DNA of 64,000 nucleotides from Chlorokybus atmophyticus (lineage: Eukaryota > Plantae > Mesostigma and Chlorokybus algae). How positions within the stretch are numbered: the stretch's first letter is position 1; each line of letters begins with the position of its first letter. Made by a program: the position numbers and the translations under genes. Shown here piece after piece: positions 24,475 to 37,589 of this stretch. The notes beneath the pieces were generated by a model, which had not been told where the DNA came from, ran no database searches, and worked only from the letters and a program-made list of their open reading frames with translations. Where the stretch lies: the NCBI GenBank assembly GCA_009103225.1, contig RHPI01000810.1:913387-977386 (forward strand), in the 5' to 3' direction.

Positions 24475-25400
24475 CTGCAAGCATACTGCTTAATTGTCGC
24501 TGAAAACATAAACATAGGTCATGGGTTGCCCGTTCGTGGTACTCCGCAGCTTTTCTTCTGCGACTTGTGAGCTCCCGCAAGTAGAAATAGGCTGTGCATT
24601 TGCGAGATTGGTCATGCTATTCATGTGCATGAGGGTGTGCATGTAGTACTGACAATGTATGTCATGTGCATGTGCAAGATAAAATACCCTAGCATGTGGC
24701 ATTGTCAGTGCATCCTAAGCCACCTTGGTTATGCCAGTCTTGTTTGGTCCCTTCAATCATGTCGCCGTGGTCGCAGCTGCTGGTGGGTCGGATGTTCTTA
24801 GAGGCAGTATTGTGGTGTGCCTTTGCCCACTCGGAGGGGGAGCCCTGTAAGATATCGCCCGAGTCACTGTTGTCATTGGCTGTGCCCTTGGTAGGCATGG
24901 TGGGGTTTAACACCAAGAACACCCCACCAGCACCTTGTCCGCCCTGTGCGAACATAGGCTTCAGCCCGGACCTCGACCACACGCCCACTACGCCCCTGGC
25001 AACGCCGCCAACGATCCACCAAACGCCACATACCCTCGTCATCACCGCTCTGTAAATGCATAGCTTGGCGGAGCCATCAATGATGTTTTCATGCGCAGGG
25101 ACTGGCATTGCCAGCACTTGTCAATGGTACGAACTGCCATTGCCACTGTACAAAGGCATCTTACGTACCATTAAATCGGTTCAATCAGGATATTTCTGTA
25201 GACTCACCCCACCATGGACGTGCAATGGCTCAATGGTACCATAGTAATGGAATGACGAAGCCGTCACGCAAGTGAATGACGGCTAAGTTTCCCGCCTCTG
25301 ACATGCAAGGGTAGCGGCGGCGACGGCGGCAGCTGTGCGTGTTGTTGGATATGATAACAGGTTACACTGGCGACACCTGTGTCGACGTTAGTAGTGAACT

Positions 25401-28226
25401 ATGGGAGTCTTTTGTCCGTATTGCCACGTGCGCTTCGCCACACGCAGCTCGGTCTACATGCACATTGTTGGCAGCAAGGTGTGCAAGCAAATCAAGCTGT
25501 ATGTCGGCCAGCGTCCATTACAGTACGATGCGGGTCATGTTGAACCGGGCAACTCGATCCAGGGTGCGCACATGCTTGATGCTGAAGGACCCCCACCAAG
25601 AGACATTCGCACAGCAGCGACAGGAGGAGGAGGAAGTGATCGAGGGCTTTTGATGTGTGCGTGTGCCTGAGAAACATGTGGCACGCCGGCATGGAAGTGG
25701 AGGCATCCCTTCACACGCGTCAGAATCCATGTGGTATGGGTCGGAGCATGCTCTAGCAGTGGCATTCGTGCAGTGCAACAACGGCCAAGGCCTGTCGGCC
25801 TCCGACATGGGGCGGATCATCAAATGTAATGCATCCGAAATGCACACTTCCTGACGAAAGAGCTCCAGTGGGAGACCGGTGTGCATGTGGCCAACTACCT
25901 CCGGACCACAATTGCTTTCTCTTAATATGAGGTGTGTTCACGGTGTGCGGTGCATGTGCTTCAACCATTAAAGCCATGTTATATATGCACATGGGAGTGT
26001 GCTGCCGTAACAGAACTACGTGACGGCTGACCTGCGCAAGCTTAGAGACCCTGAAGATCATAACATCAGCGTCACATATATGCCGGCTAAGGTCTGTAAA
26101 ATGCAGTAGCTAATGCAGTATCTATGAAGTATCTAATCTGAGGCCAGCATGCCTGTTAATGCTCCTGGTCCGAGCAGGTATGGCTTGCGCGATTGTATGG
26201 CAATCCACATGCCGCTAATGGCTTTAATCTCCAGTACAGTGGTGACGAGCACAGCTTTGGCCATCCTTCCACAGGCAATTGATGGAAGGATGTTGAGCGG
26301 GATTTGAGGAGAGAGGTGGGGGAAGCGTCCTACTTGGCGCCTGCCATTCTGTACAGTGACAAGCCCACACTGGACAGCGCGGGCAAGCGCTCTGGCTACC
26401 CTCTGATGGCATCGCTGGCCAACTACAGTTTGGACATGTATGCTAGCAACATGGGGGTTGTTATGATAGCGCTTTTGCCGGTGGTTCACGCAGTGGCCGG
26501 GCATCCCACTTGATCGCAGGGCAACGAATCATTTCCAATTTAACAACGTGAGATTTTTCATGACGCTTTGAATGTAGTGTTAGGGGATGTGAAGCGGGCG
26601 AGCTGGGAAGTTCTGCAGCTCATCGACCCGAATGGCGTCGAGCGGCGTGTGTTTCCCGCGCTTGCCAACTACATCGGCGACTTGCAGGTAGTGGGCATGC
26701 ATTGTTGTAATCGGATGCAGCCTGCCGGCAAACAGTGCATGAAGGACGTTGTCAGTGGAGCATCCGAGTTTGTCGTGTTGCGGGAGACTGCCACACTCGC
26801 ACGCACTGTGTCAGGCAATCAAATACGACATCCTTGCGATGTTTGTCTCGTCATCGAATCGAATCTATTGGAGATGAATGAGGATGCGGAATTGAAAACC
26901 GAGGCTTTCTACACACCAGCAATACGACAGCTGCGGGCGGACCTGCATGGCGGTTAGGAATGCATGCGGGACATCCAAGGCTTTGAAAGAGCAGCACTCC
27001 ATGCATGTTGAGGAGGTAATGGTTAATTTATCGGCATTTGTGAAGATGAATGGCTTTCCGTGCAACCAGGCAATGTGGTTTGGCAACAAAATGCACTGTG
27101 GGGTTGGCAACAGTCGTGGGTGCCGGGAGCTGACTGCTATTCTCGCCTTCACCCCAACGCAATGCATGTGCTGAGAGGCATCATTGACCATCCGCTTGCT
27201 GATGTGTACGACGCTGCGAAGGAACGCATGCGTCCATTCATGAGACGGATTTGCCAGGCTAGACACATTTCTGGTGTTGCTTTTTTGTTGAATCCAACGA
27301 CACGTGCTCACAAGCAGATGTGCACAGGCTAAATGTATGCAAGGCGACTCTACGGGTTTTGCACTTCAAGGCACCCACAAGCATAGTAGATTTCTTCCTG
27401 TCTTACCACTCTTTTCAGGTGGTGGAGAAAGTGGTGTTGCAGGTGCTGCCGGTCCATGCAGATCGTTTGCTGCTCGACAGTGAGGGCAACAATTTCTTCA
27501 CCATCGCTGCCGCATTGCTTGCCCAAAGGAACAAGAAATTACTCAGGCCGCATGAATATGTAAGAGACCCTGACCACAACCGACAACGAGCTGGCTGCCT
27601 TCAAGTCTGCAGTGTTGCATCCGCTACTGTCGTCATATTTTGCACAGAAGTCAGGTTGAAAGATTGAGAAGATGCATCAACTCACTCATTTTGGGCCGGC
27701 AATTGTCAGCAGTGGACACTCAGATTGGTTCAGCGCCAACCGCTTGGAGCAGACGCACGCCCAAAATATCACACAGTGGGCGCGTGGTGGCAACAACCGG
27801 GACTACCAGGCGCGTATCCTGAAGGCATGGAGTTGTGCGGAATATGTGAGAGAGGATGGCATGGTCGTGGATCTCGAGATGCTCTCGATCATGGCACAGG
27901 CGCGGCAGCAGTGCTGTAATGTAATGGAGAAGACGGACAATTTGCTAAGGATGGATGTGCTGACAAAAAGAGAGTCCAGAGAGTCCGCGCGTAGCCGCCA
28001 AGTCGCCCTAAAGACTCCATTCGCCTACAAGTTGCTTGCTACCCTGGACAGCTGGTTACAGAGGAAACAACTGCAATTGGCTGCCGGGTGGCGTGCTGTT
28101 CGCATGTTGATCGAAGGCGCAGCGATGTACATGACATCAGGGTCAGCATGGCGCGCGCAACTGGGATGTTCCATGGGCGGCCTTGGTTCTCTACACTTGA
28201 GTTGGAAGGTGACGAGAACGGTGTGA
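25401..28226 (+). pseudogene. Plavaka-family transposase (N-terminal C2H2-like finger; intron-containing; stops and frameshifts)
   Basis: CPYCHVRF...HIVGSKVC. RLYGNPHA...HPSTGN*WKDVE. ILYSDKPTL...GYPLMASLANYS...IALLPV. FHDALNVVL...NGVERRVFPALANYIGDLQ(E)...HPCDVCLV. PNAMH. MHQLTHF...DWFSANRLEQTH...GNNRD. These blocks occur in the order typical of Plavaka transposases. Confidence 0.85.
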
Positions 28227-28722
28227 ACATGACGTGGTGGGCTCAGGCACTCCTTTTTTGCGCGTGGTGTGGTGGGGTGGTAGCGGCGAGCGCGTGTGGA
28301 AGGAGGTCGTGTTTGTCCGCTGATTCACAAAGCTGAATGTGACGAGCGACACAAAGTGCATCGCTTTGGAATGGGAAAGCGTTGAAGGGGTCCACATCTC
28401 GATATCGTGACTTTGGAGCAAGTAAAAGGCATTGTCCAGCTGCTCCCCATGTTTGACAAGGACAGCGCCCGTGTACAAGAGGGCAAGTATTGGGTGAACG
28501 TTCGCTGCACTGCCACGTGACACATGTACTTGTCTCACTACTCTGAGTTTGGAGCATATCAGTTAGTTAAGCATTGCTAATCGTATGCTAGACTTTTGCA
28601 TATGGACGTGTACATTACCGGGCAGCTGTCACTGCACAACTGTCACCACCATCGAATGTTGAAAGCAACATTTAACAATCAGTCCGTCATGTGGCATTAA
28701 GCATCAATACAGTGCACCACAC

Positions 28723-29042
28723 TCAAGCCTCATAATTCCATAACACAGGAGGGTAGTCACAGCGCATATCCATTGTTTCAAGCATGAGACGCCTTATGCA
28801 CTCCGCCATTGCGGGAGGAACTGCATTCGCTATGGTAATGGCCGAGGTCATCCATGGCACTCTCAGCGCTGTTTGCCATGCAGCAATGCCGCCCCTGGTG
28901 CTTCGAAGGCCATAGACCGGGTACATTTGTTGTGGCGCTTTTAATGTCACGATTGTCTTCTTCGCGCTAGCGAACAGGTGCGGCGATAGCAGTCCAACCG
29001 CCTTGCCCGCGTGCGAGCAGCGTGCTGGTGGGGTAGCTACCA
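28723..29042 (-). pseudogene. C-terminal half of a C5-cytosine DNA methyltransferase
   Basis: MYPVYG...GGIAAWQTALRVPWMT...IANAVPPAMAECIRRLML (motif X region); in frame with the N-terminal half once the Copia is removed. Confidence 0.85.
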
Positions 29043-32000
29043 TGTTGGAGTATAGGACCTGATTCTGCCGTCTCTAGACTTTACTCAGCTTAATCTGGCT
29101 AAGTACTCATTAGTGTTAAAGTATAGGACTAGATTCTGCCGTCTTTAGACTCCAGTCAGCTTAGTGTGGCTAAGTATTTAGCAATTTTGTACTTAGCAAT
29201 ATATTGGAGTATATGTCATGGTTTTGCCGCCTCTAGACTCCAGTCACTTTAGTCTGGCTAAGTGCTCATTAGTTTGTTCTTAGCAGACTCCAGACGTCTG
29301 TGTAGTTTCCTAACAGTGTTGACAATCCTGGCAGTTTCAACGGTTTAGGGCTGTGTTAGGGTTTGGTGTTGACCAAACCTGACTTGTATGACCATTTTAT
29401 AGTTAGAAAGGTTATTTGGGTATAAGCGGACGCCCATACACGTTTTCTAATGGTTCACTTTCACTTGTGCTTGAGTCTGGGGGCGGCAAGGCCTGATTCT
29501 GGCGTGGCCTGGATTTGATTTGATCTGGCATGGTCTGATTGGTTGTTTCGCTTGCACGGACTGTTTGAGGGTGTTGTGTTGTGTATTCACGCAATAGCTC
29601 ACATCTCAACAGGATCTGGGCCCACCTACGCTGGGTATTAAGCTGGTATAGGCATTTTGGTGGAGCATTTACTTTGATAGTAGCTTTTTTTGAGTTTGTG
29701 CCATTCTGGTGAGAATGTGAAGGTCTGAACGCCTGGAACTGCTGTTTTTGGCCTGATTTGGGCTTGTTTTCAGCAAGGGTTTTGCTATGACGACCAGCTA
29801 CGACAAGGTGGTGATTGAGCCGCTTTGAGATGACAATTACAACGCCTGGAGCAGCCACATGATATGGTTGTTCGAGCACAAGAGCTTGTGGGAGTTCGTG
29901 GACCCAGAGGAGGCAGACCCTCTACCCATAGGCCGGAGCGCTGTTTAAAAGCAGAACTCCAAAAAAGCACTTGCACTCATTCGTTTGAAGGTGAGGGACT
30001 TTGACTTGGTCACGTTGGATGCTGGCTCCACTGCTAGGGAGGCTTGAGAGAAGTTATCAGACTCTTTTAAGGCCAAAAACAATGCGAAGCGTGTTTAGCT
30101 AAGGCGCAACCTGAATGCCTTGAAAAAGGAGTTCAGTGAGCCAGTTACCAAGTACATTTCGTGAGCAAGAGAGCTTTAAAAAGACCTACTAGGCGTTGGC
30201 AGCAAACTGAAGGAGTCTGAGGTGGTTTGGGCTATCCTTTCAGGTCTGCCAGACGACTTTAACACCTTGATCACGGTGATGAAAGGTCTTGACTCTGACC
30301 CCACGTTGGATGAGTTTATGCCAAGGTTGCCACAAGTTGAGCAGAGGCTCAAGAAGAAGGATGAGGCTTCAAATACGGTAGCTTTTGCAGTTTCCAGATC
30401 TGGTGGACTAAGTTACAGCTCCAAACCCAAGGCACACGGAGCTGGTTCTTCAAACCACAGCAGTTTCTACGAAAAAGCAGGTTAGGAAGTGCAACTACTA
30501 CAAGATGCTTGGTCGTTTAGAGGAGAAAGGTTGGAAGAAGCACTGCAGGCGTAAGAGTGTTAGAAAACAGGAAACCTGTGGCTTTTACTGCTGGTGCTTC
30601 AAGCTTTGACCAGAGCTGGGTTTTAGACTATGGTGCCAACCGCCATATGACCTTTAACAAGTCTGCATTTGTCTCATTTAAACGCCTGGTCAGACCCTTC
30701 AGTGTTGGATGCACTGAAAAGGGAAGCGTGATGGGCGCTATTGGCCAGGGGGATGTCATCCTTGATTGCCAAGTTGAGGGTTCAACAAGGCAAGTGCAGC
30801 TCAAAAATGTTCTTTATGTTTTATAGCTTGCTATAAGTTTATTGTCAAGGCTGCTGCACTTGCTGGTGCTAAGATTGAGTTTAAGGGGCGAAAGGCCTGC
30901 ATTGTGTTTGGGGGCATTAAGAGGCTGGAGGCTTTGAGTCATGGAGGAGAGTTGTACTTGATTCAGGGCCAGACTTTAGTCTAGCATGTCCAGAAAGTTC
31001 AGGCACTTGTTGCAGCACCTTTGGTGTCTGCTCAAATCTGGCACAGGAGGTTTGGGCATTTGTGCTTTGATAATTCGGCGCTTTTGGTGAAGGAAAGCAT
31101 GGTGGATGGCATTATTTCCAGTCCTGAAGACTGCCAGGCTACGAAGGCTGCTTTGTGCGACTTTGTGGTTCTCAGAAAACAGACCCGGCTGCCATTTCAT
31201 CACTCTACTCGTGTGAGTACGCATTGCTTAGAGCTTGTCCACATGGATGTGTGCCGTCTCATGCCGGTGATATCATTTGGTGGAAACTTCAAGTATTTTG
31301 TCACATTCTTGGATGATTTCAGCAAGTTGTCCGTGGTCGTGTCGTTGCTGTTGAAGTCAGATGTTACCAAGGCAGGCGCAGAGGTTTTCAGCTGATTGAG
31401 ACCCAGAACAGTCTAAAAGCTACTTCAGTCCGCTCAGATCGTGGTGGCGAGTTCGTTAACAACAACTTGAGGGACTACTAATCTAAGAAGGGCATGCGGC
31501 ATGAGACTACAGCACCTTATACTCCAGAACGGCAAGGCGCAAGGGCTAGACCGCACGGTCTTGGAGAAGGTTAGGTCCGTGCTCATTGATATCAAGATGG
31601 AGGACTGCATGTGGCGTGAGGCTTTGCTTGCTGCAACTTTGTTCGCAACCGCTCTCCCATGCAATCTCAAGCCAAGACTCCGTGGGAACTATTCACAGGT
31701 GTGAGGCCTGATGTTAGCATGCTGAGAGTCTTCGATTCTGCTGCCTTTGTCCAAGTACCCAAGCAACAGCGACACAAATCAGCTAAAGTCAGCCGCCGTG
31801 GAGTGTTTGTGGGTTATGAGATTAGTGTGAAGGCGTGGAGAGTTTTGCTGGATGAAACTCGCAAGGTTGTGGTGAGTCGTGATGTGACTTTTATTAAGGG
31901 AGGAGTAGAAGCTGGAGTTTTGGGCGTTGACATCACTTTGGATGCCGATAAACCTTTAAAACCAGCAGTTCGAGTTGTTTCAGACCATGTTCCTGCAGTT

Positions 32001-33979
32001 TCAGAACAGAGTCTGCATTATCCAGGTCATGTTACTCTGGATTCATGCAGCAAAAGCCCTTCAGCTCTTGACACCACTGAAACCCAACACCAGCAACAGC
32101 GAGGAAAGCAGCACCGTTCGCGTGAGAGGCAGAAACCTGATTGGTTTCAAGACAAAGCTTATGCGGTGTTTGATGCACTGCAAGGTCTGAAGGAGCCCAG
32201 CACTTATGAGCAGGCTCTTCAAGGTCCAGATGCAGACCTTTGGCAAAAAGCTATAGATGAGGAGATCGCGTCCTTGCTTGCCAACCAGGCCTGGAGGCTA
32301 AAAATTGTTCCGGCCGACACAAAACCCATTCCGGTCAAGTGGGTTTACACGATCAAGAAAGACGGCCAAGGCAACATCGAGCACTACAAGGCGAGGCTTG
32401 TTGCGAAGGGCTTTCTTCAACAAGAGGGCATCGACTTTAATGAGGTCTTTGCAACCGCTCGTAAGCATACAACTTTTCGGACTTTGCTGGCTTTGGTGGT
32501 CGCCCAGGACTTTAAGCTGCATCATCTTGATGTGAAGACTGCGCTTCTCTATGGCGAGCTTGAAAAGGACATTTATGTGCAACAACCCAAGGGCTACCGT
32601 AAGGGAGGTCCCAATGTGGCTTGTAAGCTTATGAAGGCCGTATATGGTCTGAAACAGGCGCCCAGGGTTTGGCACATCCGCTTAACCAAAGAGCTTGAGA
32701 TTCTGGGCTTTGTTCCCAGCACTACAAACCAATGACTCTTCGTTCCTGAAGAGCTGCAGGAACAGGCGGATTCGTTTTCTGAAGATCTGCCAAGATCAGC
32801 CAAGTGCAGATGGTCACCAGATTGGTTGACAAGTATAGGCTGCAAGATGCCAAGGTTTATGTCTGCACCTACCTTGGAGCACTGGAAGGCTGTAAAGGCT
32901 TGTTTGCGCTATGTGGCTGGGACTTCCAGTGTTGGCATTACTTTTTCTGTTGGACTTACAGTTTTGGAGGGTTACTGCGACGCAGATTATGCAAGTGACC
33001 TTGACTCTAGGCGGTCCAGTACTGGCTACACATTCTTGTTGAATGGTGGAGTCGTGAGTTGGAGCAGCAAGCTTCAACCCACTGTTGCAGTTTCTACTGC
33101 AGAGGCTGAGTATGGCTGCATCTTAGGCAACCATAGAGGGGCTTTAATTGCGCAAGCTGGTTGCAGACTTGGGTCTAGACTAGACTGTCATCCCCATGCA
33201 CTGTGACAACCAAGGAGCTATTAGACTTTTAAAGCACCCTTTTGCTTCAGTCAAATCGAAGCACATTGTTGTCATGTATCACTTTGTACGGGAGCGCGTC
33301 GCTCGTGGCGAGGTGGAGTTCAAGTTTGCAAGACTGAAGACATGCTTGCAGACTTTATGGCAAAAGCTTTGACACCTTTTATGGTCCAGACCTGCTGCGA
33401 AGGTCTAGGCATCCACTAAGCTGCCTACGCGGGAGTGTTGGAGTATAGGGCCAGATTTTGCCGTCTCTAGACTCCAATCAGCTTAGTCTGGCTAAGCACT
33501 CATTAGTGTAGGAGTATAGGACGAGATTCTGCCGTCACTAGACTCCGGTCAGCTTAGTCTGGCTAAGTACTTAGCAGTTTTGTACTTAGCAATATATTGG
33601 AGTATAGAACATGGCTTTGCCGCCTTTAGACACCAGTCAGCTTAGTCTGGCTAAGTACTCATTGGTTTGTACTTAGCAGACTCCAAACCTGTCAAGTTTC
33701 CCAACAGTTCTGACAATCCTGGCAGTTTCAACGATTTAGGGCTGTATTAGGGTTTGGTGTTTACCAGACCCGACTTGTATGACTACTTTGTACTTAGAAA
33801 GGTTATTTGGGTATAAAGAGACGCTTATACACGTTTTCTAATAGTTCACTTTCACTTGTGCTTGAGTCGGGGGGCGGCAAGGCCTGATTCTGGCGTGGTC
33901 TGACTGGTCATTCTGCTGGCACGGACTGGTTGAGGTTGTTGTGTTGTGTATTCACGCCTAGATAGCTCACATCTCAACA
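29043..33979 (+). mobile_element. Decayed Ty1/Copia LTR retrotransposon inserted into the methyltransferase
   Basis: LTRs 29043-29611 and 33436-33979 (TG...CA); TSD TACCA at 29038-29042 and 33980-33984; PBS GGATCTGGGCCCAC. Gag ATG at 29787; WVLDYGANRHMT; WHRRFGHL; LVHMDVC; SDRGGEF; KARLVAKGF; YCDADYA...STAEAEY. Part of RT is deleted. Confidence 0.95.
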
Positions 33980-34403
33980 TACCACTGGCTGTCTTATCCT
34001 AAAAACACGGTGTCAAAAAGCTGATAGGCCAAACATCATGCCATAAAGGGACAGATTGGGTCTGCATGAGGAATCTGCTCCTTGCACATTTCCAATCACA
34101 AAAGTGACCTGGCTTGCAAGCAGCAGATGTCGGACGAGCGATATTATATCCGAGTGTTTCCAGAATGCGCCATGTGTTGCCCGTTGAGGTGCCGGGATAG
34201 CACCTGAATAGACCTGGCATGGTGGACTAGCCGACATGAGCTTGTACTTGCTCAGCTCTCCTGCACTCAGGGTGCATACGTCGTGGTGTATAAAGGGCAG
34301 CGGGTACGTAGAGGAGGGACTTCTGTTCATACCGGTCACGTCAAAGCCTGTGTGATATAGACCGACACTGGCACCGCACAGCCGCAGAATAGGTTGAATG
34401 CCC
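33980..34403 (-). pseudogene. N-terminal half of a C5-cytosine DNA methyltransferase (prokaryote/phage-like)
   Basis: RAFNLFCGC(G)GASVG (motif I, 1-bp deletion near 34376); SASPPCQ (catalytic Cys near 34218); VIGNVQGA (ENV decayed); GMMFGL; F*HRVF (RxR with CGA>TGA). Confidence 0.88.
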
Positions 34404-34499
34404 TTGGTCTGCGTGTGCGTCAAAGCTTATTGTTAAATGGCGTGTATGTGGTCAAAACTGGTCATGGTGCTGGCCAGGGACTAACAATGATGCCGTGCG

Positions 34500-34990
34500 G
34501 GCTTTCTTTGCGACTGACATTTTCACCTCCGGCGCGCAGATTATAGCGTGCCCCATTAGCTGATGTGTACGCGAATGCGTTGTGCCCTTCAAAGTTGATG
34601 GTTTGTGGTCGATTACCGTCAATGATGACTATACGGTGCTGCCCTGCAAAGCCATTTTCCATTGCACCATGCATATACGATGCGTCCTCAATCTCGCACG
34701 CTAAGAAGCGTTGCTGACGCTTGCTTGAATAATTCCACAACGCCGGCATACTATTCCCCATCCAGCGGCCAATGCACTATGACACTCACACTGCTCAGCT
34801 GCTCGCATCCAAGCTTATTTGCGTTCCGCAGTCGATGCAGTGCATTGCCCAATGGTCGATGGTCTGCCTCCTCTACAGCGGCCAGGGGGTGGAACTGCCC
34901 ACGCCCACACCGTGGAAGACTGCTCCAAATGCGACAACATCTTCAACATGCATGAAATAAGCATACGCCCAACATAACATGCAGTGATAT
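34500..34990 (-). pseudogene. JmjC-like 2-oxoglutarate/Fe(II) dioxygenase domain, in frame with the methyltransferase
   Basis: CYVG, then a frameshift to HVED (34950-34939), FHGVG...W, and a distal IVIIDG...GHNAF (His near 34583). Spacing resembles KDM-type JmjC. Motif-level recognition only. Confidence 0.45.
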
Positions 34991-35059
34991 GTCGCTGGCC
35001 ACTCTGCCGAATTACCTCCACAGCATCCACCACCTGTTCACTAACCACATGTCCCGGTT

Positions 35060-35390
35060 TTGTCCATGTAAAGAACCCGCATGGGTTCCCCTCGCCACTT
35101 GAATCATGAGGGCGAGCACGATTCGCACACGCACTGCACACAAAAGGAAAACTCGGGTTCCTTGCATAATACTTTGCCGAGGCGGCAACCAACACATCGA
35201 AATTGTGTGTGGTGTGATGCCAGCAAGCAACACTCAAACCGTGGCACACTGTCTGCACTCACTGGCAGTCAGTCAAGTGTGCTAGCATTTGCTGCTTACG
35301 GCCATTGGCACATACGTACGCATGGCATTGTGGGCACACCAAGCATGGTCTCCTAGGTGAGGGGGATGCAACTGCTGCCGCCGACATCAT
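35060..35390 (-). pseudogene. N-terminal C2HC finger and GRF-like zinc finger of the same gene
   Basis: ATG at 35390: MMSAAA...CPQCHAYVCANGRKQQMLAHLTDC followed by donor CA|GTGAGT; next exon RNPSFPFVCSAC...NPCGFFTWT. Confidence 0.55.
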
Positions 35391-35852
35391 GCAAAATATG
35401 AATCGGCACGGTTGCCCATATACTGAGCGAGACTTTAGGGTATGGGCATTAACTTAGGGGTGCCAGCTTATGAACCCTAAATCAGTCACACTTCAAGAAG
35501 CACAACTGTACCATGTACAGTATTCCAGTACCATGCATGGTACTACATCAACATGAATAGTACTCCATCCATTGATGGTACTATAGTACAAGGATACTCG
35601 CATACTACCATGATCATAGAGTAATATTGTGCTGTCATTCCATGAAATCTAGAGCGCTGTCCGAGTTTGTTGCTGTCAACCATGCTTTGAACCTCCAAGG
35701 TATGCAAGCCATGCGCCGGGCAATCATCATACACATGTACAGCCAATGCTTCTGACAACAGCAAATCTCGGGTGCACCATGCTGCAACTATACATGTACT
35801 TACATAGTTCACAGGTGTTCAACACACCACTACAGTACATGCACAATTGGTA

Positions 35853-36311
35853 TTAGAGCGGGGTCCAAATCACCGTCGACACATTGGCGTCTTGCAGCAG
35901 GCGTGGCGACCAAAACGGGTGAGGTTGCTTGCACATGGGACACGCTTGTAGCTCCTTTGATTTATATGCCACGTGCTCCTGCTGGTATATAATGCAGACA
36001 TAGCACATTGCATGCTTGCCACAGGGCGTCTCCCCAACCGCTAGGGGGGTGGGCATTTTGATGCGACAATTCAGCACGCATGGTGCACGCGGGTATGCAA
36101 GCTGCCTCTGCCACCAAACTCTGTTATCGCACTGCAGGCGCAGCGACTCCCATCTGAATGGCCCAGCACAACGCTCCACTGCCTGCTCGATTACCTGACG
36201 CCCTTCTGCCGCCATACACCACCTGCTCGTCTCGGTGGTCTCGTCCAGCACGCGTTCATTCAGGCCCTCAACATGGCTGTTGTTACTCTTGTAATCGCCC
36301 GCAATCGCCAT
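35853..36311 (-). pseudogene. RING-finger-containing ORF
   Basis: CVLNC...PCGKHAMCYVC...CPMC cysteine/histidine spacing. Confidence 0.65.
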
Positions 36312-37589
36312 GTTCTTCGAGCTTTCACAGATTCAGCTCGATGTGCCGTACGACATACAGCCACTGCCAGCTAAAGCATGCCAAATACAGCTCGAATGGT
36401 TTTACTTGCCACCTAGTGTGTTTGCTCAAGTAGTGGCACATATCTCGACCTGCATCGATCGACATCAACAGGTACATCTGTAGCAGCAGGTCGAAGTTCT
36501 GCTCCGCGGATAGCTCTTGCACAGTGCCAGGTTGCTGCGGCAGTATTAACACCATCATATCGAGGACGGCAAGGGGCAACAACATACTACGGATGGCCAT
36601 GTCGTGTTTAGGTTTCAACCACGGCCAATCCCCAAAGGTCTGTTTAGACCGCACTCTCCGCGTTTGCCCCACTTATTGCATACTCTCATCACCTCGAGGC
36701 ATGCCGCATGCGGTGATGCAGCGCGTCTTGGGCGTATTGTAGGGCGATCAACTCCTTTGCACTACGAGTCAGCCCTTAAAAGCGTCTGTGCGTCGGTGCT
36801 TTGAGCTTAAGCAGCTCATGCCGCACCGGCTGTCTCTCTGGACGATGCTAAGCACCCACAAGACGCTGTAAACCCGCCTGTGCCTACTCACAGTCAGCCT
36901 TAATGAGGCTTCAAGGCGCTGTGCTTCTTTAACTACATTGTAACAATGCCTCACCTTTGCTTTTCTGAAAGCTGCGCAGAAAAACAAAAGCTTCATGCTC
37001 GACCTCACGAAGCAACAAAGGTCGTGGAGGACGAGAGGCGACCAATAAGCGCAAGGCTGTGAAGCAAGAAGATAACGCCTTACCTTCTTTGAGTGACAGT
37101 GCCACGGAGAGCACTTGTCAGGATGTGCAGGTTGACCCAAAAAGAAGAAAAAGGTTATTGCAACAAGGGATGCTGACAGAACCAGAGAAGAACACCTCGA
37201 TCAATCTCTTTACCAATAGCACAGGCTAGTATTAATGTGGCAAGCTTAGAGGGAGAGGGCGAGCTGCCGCTGCTTTTTGATGAAGATACCTCCGGATGGT
37301 CAGAGTGCGGTGGCAAGTGAGTCTCCGCAGCAAGCAAAAGGGAGGGTGCTGAATTGTTATTGCGAGCATGTGGCTGTGGTTGAGGGGAGGCAGGATGTGC
37401 AGAACAATCGGCTACTTCTTGCAAAGCGCACGAAGGCTAGCTTGAGGCGTTGACGCAGCTACCTGCATCGCAGCCGGTGGTAGCGAGAAATTGGCAACGC
37501 CATTCCGCCACTCTCCGATCAGTTCTGTTACCTCCAGTGGCACTTCACGCATCAGCCACGACCATTGTTTTGTGCTTGCAGACTTAAGG

